IMG/VR virus record: IMGVR_UViG_3300020036_001753
Coordinates: 1 to 64,000 of that record
DNA: 64,000 nucleotides
Direction: 5' to 3' (one strand)
Source of the DNA: a virus
Lineage: Duplodnaviria; Caudoviricetes
Positions 10,101 through 18,700 of the stretch are shown here, in pieces. Below the pieces are notes generated by a model, which worked only from the letters and a program-made list of their open reading frames with translations, ran no database searches and was not told the DNA's origin. Numbering within the stretch: the first letter of the stretch is position 1; each line of letters begins with the position of its first letter. The position numbers and the translations under genes are program-made.

Positions 10101-11349
10101 TCTTTGTAATGAGTATAATAATGACTATCCTTTTAGAGTAGCTACATCACAACCACAACAGATGGAAGGTGATTTTGGTTGGCATACTTTCTTAGTAAAT
10201 AATTACTATGATATGCCTAAAACTAAAGGAGAAGTTTGGAAACTAAATGTTTATAACAGAGTCCTTATTATCCATCTTGAGTATGCAACGTTCGTAGCTA
10301 GTATTAAAGATATTATCGCTACTAACGAGATAACTGCTTATTTAGGTACTGGCGAACTATTTGACAGATTGCCTGATGAATTGATTCCAGCCGATGGTGG
10401 GTATGCAGGTTGTCAAAGCCAATGGGCTACTGTTGTTTGTAAACATGGCGTTATATGGGCAGATGTAGATAGAGGTAGAGTGTTCCTATTTAATGGTAAA
10501 CTAGTAGAGCTTTCTAATGAAGCTATGCGTAGATTCTTCTTGGAAAATTTGCCATTCGGTTACAAAGATGATGATAATCCATTCTACTCTACAGGATTAA
10601 CCATGACTTACGATGACGATAATAATCGGTTTATCTTGGGTAAAATGGCTAGAACATTGAATGAGACTTTTGACGAGTATATTCCTGATCCTGCTGTAGT
10701 ATTTACTATATCGTATAGCTTTGATGAAACTGCTTGGTATAGTTTTCATGATTATTATCCTTCTTATATGTGGTATAATAGAGCCAAAGTAAGAAGCGTA
10801 GATAACATTAGAACTACTCCACCTACCAATAAGTCTTACAGACATAATGATCCTACTTCTAAGGGTAAGTTTTATAACGGTATCATTTATCCTTGTTATG
10901 TAGATGTTATTATAAATCCTAATAATGAGAAAGAGTTTATTTGGTCGTCATTGTATTGGAGAACTGAAATGGAAAATCTAGGTATTACTAGTAAGTATTA
11001 CGATAAGACGATTACTCAGATAATGATTTACAATATTCATCAGTGTACCGGATTAATTACTTTAGCAAATTATGATGCTTTGCCGGATAATGCTACTAAT
11101 AGAAGGACAGCAGAATACAAAACTACATTCAATCGTTTAAGAGATAAAGTTATAAATAGAGATACTTATATTTTGTCTCCATTAGGTGAGTTGAATACTT
11201 TAAATATTAATGTTAATAAGCTTTGGTTTAAATCGGCTAATCTTATAAGTTCTGTTATTGTTGTAAGACTTCAATATGATAATATAGAACAAAATGAGAT
11301 TATTTATAAAACGATTGAAGCTTTAGCACAACTATCAAATAGATTATGA
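7156..11349 (+). CDS. tail stabilisation / muzzle protein (P22 gp10-like)
   Basis: 1397 aa, beta-propeller-like. Has IIVWTDDYNPVRYLN, GVIWADVDRGRVFLF and WYSFHDYYP segments. Size and position match the crAss-like muzzle. Confidence 0.75.
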   Translation: MRITGGLSKDGALSNRPNGTFNFARNVLPSKVMHSPVNENGMVECPERDGILMGVVVTDQFDIYFYTQVGNDTTVHDEIRYGSTCPNFLTLKGNFNFSVAHPIEGTFTYNARNELIIVWTDDYNPVRYLNMGCLPFEINNDGTLVNPDQSILLNLFSFFTSPNYSLQAHGNDGQLVTGVYYFSGAYLLSDGGVTNAWALSNPISVNEDDVAEGFDFYDGAEPGTLTGKSINMQLTGIDTNYSKFVILIVKKIGNVITAVKASEYDITGATMNVVYTGGDETDIALEDVLVASAYYDLAKTVTTLDNKLHIGNLRGLPEFDYQTYANYIKIDWVREDDISLTQIANSYKDEIKIFDSKGFQAGEVYAFYIIFRLKAGGGFTQAFHIPGPCHRYVEIDINSVSTALTLQEINDDYSYLIAFLPDFAELLAINPNYKLYEVYNTATFVTPNSGLMGVAINNNEVYPDASCSDVAFNDHPCGTTLRGENVRHHKFPDLYSLQVNGNDFITPDPDNILANDPILTLYPDGATGGDVYFAINSNTSTGDLNFTNTLYTATQQERLHIYADFTIACLGDPHVLLQIIRANGDIEILQEYDGYLFGGSFSVQFDLWVDFQIGDSFVLDIDAPSYGSYSPGIFDYIYFVPFNTDRYITNSKILGISVRDVYIPSNLLPYIDGWEICYAKRDNTNNSILGQSLVYLNERKQFKFYDFNMLKYKPNNVPTYMKMELTMSNSNTDYIGFANIVPDLHFRQVIETQYIPYDVATSFIDNVSREEFFGGKFVNEIFSVYEPITPLFFLNLPLANLIMYRSDYYQNYKNQKLARTGIKIPVTDSGIQDTVPKLYGGDIFISAYGALVSEGEDAPNLYWDGEQVLPYYAFNYGTSQIYFKFAVPPTEGDYIKYSFSIWFFATESIANLNFRHRDDLDLSTEYFPFTGDIPRVMKTVSIPNDPDPILVEFPYGKQTYLYNNDYSSVNDLNTLIVFACTVLCNEYNNDYPFRVATSQPQQMEGDFGWHTFLVNNYYDMPKTKGEVWKLNVYNRVLIIHLEYATFVASIKDIIATNEITAYLGTGELFDRLPDELIPADGGYAGCQSQWATVVCKHGVIWADVDRGRVFLFNGKLVELSNEAMRRFFLENLPFGYKDDDNPFYSTGLTMTYDDDNNRFILGKMARTLNETFDEYIPDPAVVFTISYSFDETAWYSFHDYYPSYMWYNRAKVRSVDNIRTTPPTNKSYRHNDPTSKGKFYNGIIYPCYVDVIINPNNEKEFIWSSLYWRTEMENLGITSKYYDKTITQIMIYNIHQCTGLITLANYDALPDNATNRRTAEYKTTFNRLRDKVINRDTYILSPLGELNTLNINVNKLWFKSANLISSVIVVRLQYDNIEQNEIIYKTIEALAQLSNRL

Positions 11350-13130
11350 AAAGAAGAAAATATTCAGCAGGAGGAGCACTTCCTACAGATCTTATGTTAG
11401 CTTTAGCATCTGGTACTGATGCTCTTAATCAATCTAAATCAGGTAGAGTCAGTGGCGTAGCCTCTGGCTTTTCTGGTATAGCAAAAGGTGCAGCTGCTGG
11501 AGCGGCTTTAGGTCCTTATGGCGCTATTGCTGGTGGATTAATTGGCGGCATAACTGGAGTTATTAATGCCGAAAAGAATAATAGAGCTATTGATATTCAA
11601 GATAGGAATAGAAATTTGCTAACAAGAAAGTTGACAGAAGAAACTAATAGAGCTACGCTTAGTACTTATCCCACACAAGGTCTCGCTAATACTAATTATT
11701 ATGCAGCCGGAGGTCTACTCCCTGTAAGTAAGAATACGCAGTTGGTAGTAGGCGATACTCATGAAATGGATAGTGACGGAGATGGTCAAACTGGTGTACC
11801 AATTGGTTCTTCTGAAGTAGAAGGAGGTGAGTTTAAGAAAGGTAACAAAATTTATAGCAACCGCTTACTATCTTCTACAGGGAGAAGTTATGCGCAAGAA
11901 GCTTTGTTAGTTGCTACTACAAAAGAATATCAGAAATTAGAGAAGCTACGAGAAAAACATACAACAGCACTTGATAATCCTGCTATTCCTAAGTATGCTA
12001 AAAATACTTCACTTAGAACTTTACAAACTAATCCCGATCCTCTTGAACTGTTGTTTGAAGAACAGGAAGGTCTTAAAACTGCTATGGCTACTCCATCGAA
12101 ACAGATGGCGGATGGAGGTTATCTATTTGAAGACGATACAAACGCTTATTTATTTAAGGATAATCAATATTTAAAAGCTCCAATAGGTACTAATCCTTAT
12201 GATACAAGTTCCTGGGCAGCTTTTGAACCTGATGATAATTTTAGAAGTACTTACTTAGCTGAAGATAATACTCCGTATTTTACTAATAAAGGTTATAAAG
12301 AAGTACCTGATAACTTTAAAGGAATGTATAGTAGCAAGCCTGTATTTGATATAGCAGTACCTAATCAAGTAGGCGGACCACTTCCAAGTAATACGTTTTC
12401 TTATCCTTTAAATCCTGTTACTTCTAATACTCCAGGTAGAGATATTACGGCTAATATTAGAAGTTCTGCCGGAGCAACTAACGTTATGCCAGGAGAAAAG
12501 CCCGCCGGAAAAGATTGGTTAGGACAAGCTAATGCAGCTGCTGGAAAGCTTACACCTTACTTAGATAATATAGTCAATGCAGGATTAACAGCTAGAACTC
12601 CAGCTATTCCTGCACCTATTCTTACGCAAGCTCCTAGATTAAACACTAGAGTTGATATCAATGCAGAACTTGCAGATATAAACAGAACTACAGCTGCTCG
12701 TAACAAAACTATATTAGCTAATACTAAAGGTTCTGCTATTGCTCGATCTAATCTTGCTGCATTGTCTGCAAACGACATTGTCAATAAGAATAAGATTTAT
12801 GAGAATCAACGAAATCAAGAACGAGGTTTACAGAACCAACAAGCTGTAACAGATTATCAAGCTAGCTTAGCTAATGCAGGTTTGATAAATGATTACAATT
12901 ACAAAACAATGCTTAGAAAGGATGACATAGATAATCGAAAATCTGCTAACGTTGCTCAATTCGTTGAAGATAGGCAAATGGCAGAGTATCAGAAAAATAT
13001 GTCGGTACGAGATAAGCAAGCTTTAAGTTTAGTTTTATTGAAGTATGCTGATAGCGGAGTACTAAGTAGAGCTAAAATTAAACAGATACTAGAAGATATT
13101 GCCAATGGCAAACCTATTAATGAAATATAA
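11346..13130 (+). CDS. virion cargo/ejection protein with glycine zipper
   Basis: GIAKGAAAGAALGPYGAIAGGLIGG glycine zipper, EVEGGE motif, repeated [YM]xxGG motifs, Q/N-rich coiled C-terminus, no Cys. Confidence 0.65.
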   Translation: MKRRKYSAGGALPTDLMLALASGTDALNQSKSGRVSGVASGFSGIAKGAAAGAALGPYGAIAGGLIGGITGVINAEKNNRAIDIQDRNRNLLTRKLTEETNRATLSTYPTQGLANTNYYAAGGLLPVSKNTQLVVGDTHEMDSDGDGQTGVPIGSSEVEGGEFKKGNKIYSNRLLSSTGRSYAQEALLVATTKEYQKLEKLREKHTTALDNPAIPKYAKNTSLRTLQTNPDPLELLFEEQEGLKTAMATPSKQMADGGYLFEDDTNAYLFKDNQYLKAPIGTNPYDTSSWAAFEPDDNFRSTYLAEDNTPYFTNKGYKEVPDNFKGMYSSKPVFDIAVPNQVGGPLPSNTFSYPLNPVTSNTPGRDITANIRSSAGATNVMPGEKPAGKDWLGQANAAAGKLTPYLDNIVNAGLTARTPAIPAPILTQAPRLNTRVDINAELADINRTTAARNKTILANTKGSAIARSNLAALSANDIVNKNKIYENQRNQERGLQNQQAVTDYQASLANAGLINDYNYKTMLRKDDIDNRKSANVAQFVEDRQMAEYQKNMSVRDKQALSLVLLKYADSGVLSRAKIKQILEDIANGKPINEI

Positions 13131-13153
13131 CTATTCCTATTGGTTTTAATCAT

Positions 13154-13196
13154 ATCTTGTCTAATCAGGTACATCCTGATTCAGACAAGATTTTTT
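13154..13196 (+). terminator. intrinsic terminator-like hairpin
   Basis: atcttgtct-aatcagg / cctgatt-c-agacaagat: 16-bp stem with one bulge and a 5-nt loop, followed by a T run. Confidence 0.7.
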
Positions 13197-13225
13197 GTTA
13201 ATGTTCCTATTCTAAAATAGAAATT

Positions 13226-15748
13226 ATGGCAGTTTTATCACTCGGTCAGGGCAGTATTTTTAAGCCTTTGAACTATGCAGCACCGGCAGCAACTTACGTT
13301 GGTGCGCCCATTGAAGCAGTAGATGCTTTAGGAGAAGGTCTTGAGAAGAAGTATTACTCTAATTTAGCAAATGTAGAAAAGCTTAAAGCTACTATAGATC
13401 AATTTGTAGTTAGAGACGTTAATAATCCTATCGTCGATCAAGCTAAAGAAGGCTTAAATAAAGTCTTTAATAAATACGCAGAGACAGGAGATTACGAAAA
13501 TGCTACCAAAGATCTTATCACATATGCTAACGAATTATCTAATAATAAGCTTTTAACCGGAGCTTTAAGAGACAAAGCGCAATATGATGCTTGGAGAAAA
13601 GAGCTTGATGATCAGCTCAGCAAAACTGAAATATCAAAGGATACATATGATTACTATGTTACTAATGGCTTACAATCCAATAATAAAATGTTGGAGTATG
13701 ATAAGCCTACGGGATTATATGGTAATATGTTTAACTATGGAAAACCAGGAAAAGATCAAGCTAAAGATATACAACAACAAGTTGTAGAACTTGGTAAATC
13801 TTTTAAGGCTTCTACAGTTGATATGCCTTATACTATAAAAGATCCTAAAACTGGTAAGACAAGACAACTTGCTTATTTAGATTCTCGTAGTGGTGCACCT
13901 CCAGGTTACATTGATATTGCTACACAAGAGTTTATTTCTGAAGCAGAAGTAACGTCAGCTTTAACTTCGATGGTTGAAAATAATCCTATGTATAAATCAT
14001 ACATAGAAGATATGGCGAAAGTTAACTCATGGAAGCAACTGCAAGCACAAGGAAAACAAGAACCGGATTTAGCTTCGCTTTACTCTCCAGATAATCCTCA
14101 TTCTTTGTTTAAGAAACCTGAATGGGAAGCTTTCATGAAAGGACTTGAAGAATCTGGCAAAGATCCTGTTGCAGTTCTTAATGATCCTTTGATGATTAAA
14201 GCTCTTCACATTCTTGGTAATAAGAATAAAATTATTAGCGGATTCACTGAACCTGTAGCTAGTGCAGTTTCTTATGAGAAGATTAATCATGAGTATAAAG
14301 AAGATATACCATTTAGGTCTGCTTTAGAATTAAGAAATAATCTTGCTGCAATAGAGGCTAAAAAACGTGCTGATATTGAAGTTGAGAAGTTTAAAGCAGA
14401 TTATAACAAACCCGCAGACTTCTTAATCAGTAATCCAGGATTGGCTGTACAACCTAATTCTAATTATTCGATTGAAGATGTTAAAACTAATGTAAGTAAG
14501 CAGAAAACGCAATTAGCCCAAATGAAGGAAAGTCTTGCTGATGCTACTAGTCCTGAAAGTAAAGCTAAATTAGGTGAAGAAATTCGTTCATTGGAAGGAA
14601 GAATCGCTGCACAAGAAAGAGGTATTCAAGCTACGATTAATGTAGAATTAAATTCTCCTGAGAATGAAGCTTTATTGAAAGAAGCTTATGATCAATTTAG
14701 AAGAAAGAAAGCTATTTATTGGGATAGAAACAATGGAGATATTAATCAAATTAATTCTTTTAATGATTTTAAAGCTGCACTTCAAAGTAAAACTTTTAAG
14801 AATAATCCTTCAGAAGCTATTTCAAGTAATTATGCTATATCGTTTCAAGGTAATCGAAGTACTGTTCAAACTTATGAAAGTTTGCCTATGGAAAAGAAAA
14901 CTGCTTACCTTGAAAACTTTATGTACGAAACGCAAGCTAAGATCATTAAGAGCGCAAATAAAGCACAAAGATCTGCACCGACAGCTTTGTCAGGAGAGAC
15001 ATTGATGACGCCAAATAGAGGTGAAGCTAAATCAGGTATTTTAGTACAAGCAGGAGACGCAATGACAAGAGACCTTACAGCTAATCCTACTAGCTATTAT
15101 GTTAATTATGGAGGTATGTCAGTTCCTATTGAAAAATGGAAAGAATCTTTCAAAGGAATAGATAGAGCTAAAATAGAATTTGTAGTAACTCCAGCTTTAG
15201 CAGATCATTCAATCAATGGAGTAAACTTGCAAGCTAATAAAGTAACAGCTATTGATGCAGTTACTAAGAAACCGTTAGGAGAAACTTGGCTATATTCTAA
15301 CGATGGAGGTGGAGATGAAGCTTGGAGATTAGGTGTACAAATGATGCGAGAATTTGCTCCTGGAACTGTTGAACATAACAAAGCTGTAATGCTTGCCGCT
15401 AATGGTAAATATGGCAATGTTGTTGCTAGTGATCTATACAGGCAATCTAGTTACGTTACTGCTAAAAGTAAAGAGCCTTTTGTTTCAGATAGATTTAAGA
15501 TTGAAGGTAGAGATATCGAATTTGTTAAACTTCCCGTGTATGTAAGAGATGCGAATGGTCAAGAAATTCGAGATACTCGTTATCAAGCTAGAGCAGTTAA
15601 TCCTGATGGTAGTATTGCGTATATCGCAAATATGACTAAAATGGCGCAAGGTTTTCAAGCTGCCAATCCTGCCGAACAGACTTACTTCGAGTCTATTGAA
15701 GATATGAAAGCTGAACTTTTCAAACAACTTGGACAATATTACTTATGA
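13226..15748 (+). CDS. virion cargo/ejection protein
   Basis: 840 aa, helical, Cys-free. First gene of the giant-protein cluster. Confidence 0.6.
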   Translation: MAVLSLGQGSIFKPLNYAAPAATYVGAPIEAVDALGEGLEKKYYSNLANVEKLKATIDQFVVRDVNNPIVDQAKEGLNKVFNKYAETGDYENATKDLITYANELSNNKLLTGALRDKAQYDAWRKELDDQLSKTEISKDTYDYYVTNGLQSNNKMLEYDKPTGLYGNMFNYGKPGKDQAKDIQQQVVELGKSFKASTVDMPYTIKDPKTGKTRQLAYLDSRSGAPPGYIDIATQEFISEAEVTSALTSMVENNPMYKSYIEDMAKVNSWKQLQAQGKQEPDLASLYSPDNPHSLFKKPEWEAFMKGLEESGKDPVAVLNDPLMIKALHILGNKNKIISGFTEPVASAVSYEKINHEYKEDIPFRSALELRNNLAAIEAKKRADIEVEKFKADYNKPADFLISNPGLAVQPNSNYSIEDVKTNVSKQKTQLAQMKESLADATSPESKAKLGEEIRSLEGRIAAQERGIQATINVELNSPENEALLKEAYDQFRRKKAIYWDRNNGDINQINSFNDFKAALQSKTFKNNPSEAISSNYAISFQGNRSTVQTYESLPMEKKTAYLENFMYETQAKIIKSANKAQRSAPTALSGETLMTPNRGEAKSGILVQAGDAMTRDLTANPTSYYVNYGGMSVPIEKWKESFKGIDRAKIEFVVTPALADHSINGVNLQANKVTAIDAVTKKPLGETWLYSNDGGGDEAWRLGVQMMREFAPGTVEHNKAVMLAANGKYGNVVASDLYRQSSYVTAKSKEPFVSDRFKIEGRDIEFVKLPVYVRDANGQEIRDTRYQARAVNPDGSIAYIANMTKMAQGFQAANPAEQTYFESIEDMKAELFKQLGQYYL

Positions 15749-18700
15749 CTACTACTGATCCAAATGCTATTAATATACTTAGTCCAAAGGACAAGTCGTT
15801 TATAATACCTACTACGGAAGGAGATTATTATTCAGTCTATGGGGAGCAGCCTGCGGTTGTTCCTATGGATGTAAGTAGATATGAAAAGTTCTTTCCTAAT
15901 AAAAATGTGCAATTGCTTCCTGATATGGATAGATATCGGGCTAGTCAACAAAGTACTTGGGCGCAAGCTGGAGGATTTCTAATGCAATCTTTAATAGGCG
16001 AAGTTGTAGGAGGAACTATTAGTGGATTTGGTAATCTTTATGAAGGTGTTAAAGATTTAATTAATGTTGCTGATCCTAATTATGATTCTGACTTCAATAA
16101 TATTGTTGTAGAAATTGGACAATCTATTAAGGATTTTGGTAAGGATAAGTTTCCAATTTATAGAGAAAATCCTGGTAAAGCTTGGGATGTAGGAGATCCT
16201 GCATGGTGGGCTGAAAATGCTGTATCTATTGCTTCTACACTATCGTTACTCATTCCTGCTACAGGAACAGTTAAAGGTCTTGGTGCAATTGGTAAAGCTT
16301 TGGGCATTGCAGATAAAGCAAGCGAAGTTGCTCAATATTGGGGCAAAGTTGGTACTACTGCTGGACTTATGCGCCACATGGAAAACTACCAAGAGGCTTT
16401 AGAAGTAGTTAATACTACAAAACAAGAAGTTGGAGCTACTACAAATCAGATGTCTGATGAAGAATTTTTAGAATTTGCAAGTAATACTGAAGCAGGAAAA
16501 GAAATGATTGCTGATGGTAGAGATATTACTAGAGAAAACTATGCAAATTATGTAGGCTCTAAATCAGGATGGCATAGCTATAAAGTTAATGCTTCCAATA
16601 TTGTATTTGATCTTATTCAAACTGCTGGTATTTTTAAAGCTTTAAAAGGAAGAACAAGAACTGGTAATGCTGGTTTAAGTTCTGTTGCTATGGCAGAAGC
16701 TTCAGCTGTTGGCAAACCTTTAACAGGTTTAGCTAAGTATAGTACTAATTATAAGGGCGGTTTAATGATGCTTGGAGAAGCTGCTACAGAAGGTTTAGAA
16801 GAAGTTGTTAACTTTATTGGAGGAGAAGAAGGTAAAGTAGAAGGAAAACGTTTGATTGGTCAAGACCCTTTAGAAGATACTGAAGGAAGAATTGGAGCTT
16901 ATCTTAAGGAAGGTCATTTATGGGAACAATTCTTTTGGGGTGCAATAGGTGGTGGAGTTTTTGCAGGTATAGGTAGAGCAGCACAAAGCCGTACTACTAA
17001 AGAACTTGAAGGACAAAAACTTGCTGAAATTGAAAATCGTAAATCTCTTATCGAAGAACTTAACACTAAGTATAAAAGTGTAGAAGATCAATTAAAAGCA
17101 GGTACTATTACTAAAGCTAATGCAGATATGCAAATGTCTCAATTAGCAAGAACTATGGGGCATAGAATGGGCATATCTGCTGCAACAGCAGGTAACGTTG
17201 ATAGCCTGCTTAACATGATTAATAATCCTGATTACTTAGAACAATTTAAAGTAGATGCTAAAACTCCTGAACAAGCTGCAATAGCTAAAGCAGAAGTACT
17301 AGCTGAACTTACTGATAATATTTTAACTGCTGAAAAGATATACAAAGGTTATTATAATAAAGTTTGGGCAGAGCCTGTAAGCGAAAGAACTAAAGGACAG
17401 CTTGTTGCTATTCAAACTGATATTGCTCTAGACTTAGTAAGTAAGGAAAAAGAATTAACTAAGCTAAAAACTGATAATAGTACTAGACTTAATGAACACA
17501 AGTCTCTTACTCAATCTACAACTCCAACTGATACTTTTATTAGAGATGCTAAAGTAATTGCTTTGGCTAATATTGACGCTGCTGTAAAAGCTGGAGAAAT
17601 TCCTGAATCTCAAGTAGCTAGACTTTCTGAAGAATCTAAAAGACTTCAAGAAGAAATTGCAGAACTTGATGGTCGTATTGGCAATTCTAATAGAAAGTCT
17701 AGTTCATTGAATGAATTGGATAAAGCTTTAGCCGAAGATTTAATTTTAGAACAAATTACTTCTTCATTAGTTAATACTCAAAAAGATCAACTTCGTCAAG
17801 TTACTAAACCTGATGCAGCTAAAAAATTAGATAATAAAAACAAAGAAGAAGCCTTAGCCGTAGCCAAAGCTAAAGAACAATTGTACAAGGAAAGCATTAC
17901 AGCTGCTGTAGATGAAAGTGCGATAGATGAAGCATTTTTAACTACAGCTATTAAAACTCCAGGAACTAGTAAGGAGATGCAAGCTTTCTTGAAAGGAGAG
18001 TTAACTAGACTGCAAGAAATCAATAAGAATAAAGCAGCTGCTACTCCTAGTACACCAGCTCCTGCAACTGCAGCTAGTAGTGTTAATTTAAATAATATTC
18101 CTGATCCAGTAGAAGCTACTACAAAGCCTGAAGCAACTAAACCTAGTACAACTAAGCCGACAGAAGCTACTGCATTAGCAGTAATTGATCCTGCTAAAAG
18201 AGCTAGCTTTACTAAAAGAGTAGCAACTATTGTAAAAGATACTACTACTGGAAGAAACGCAGCAATAGATTCTTTTATAAAAGGATTATTAGATATGGCT
18301 CCTACGGAAGCTGCTGAACAAGCTTTACAGCCTGCTATTGATTATCTTAATTCTTTAAAGATAGTTAAAGAGACAGTTCCTGAAGTTGTTCCTGAGACTG
18401 TAGCAACTGCTCCTAAAGAAGATAAATCTATGCCTAAACCTGCATCCGAATTGACAGACGCAGAGTTAGCTGGTATAGTTGAAGCTCCTGCAATAACAAA
18501 TACAGAAAAAGAATTTATAGAAGCTGCTGATAAAATCCTTCCTAAAAATATGATAAATGCTAGAAACAATGGATGGAATCCTGTTACTGGTAAAAAAGAA
18601 GGCACTCAATATGAATTGACAAGATTGTATTTAGCTCAACTAGCTTCTGATAAATTTAATTCAATGTTAGAAGAACTAGATGCTTCTTTTAAAGAAAAAC

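Noticed and set aside
18040-18180. TKPEAT/TKPSTT/TKPTEAT short repeats in the 1968-aa protein
   Set aside because: Ordinary low-complexity P/T/A linker between domains.
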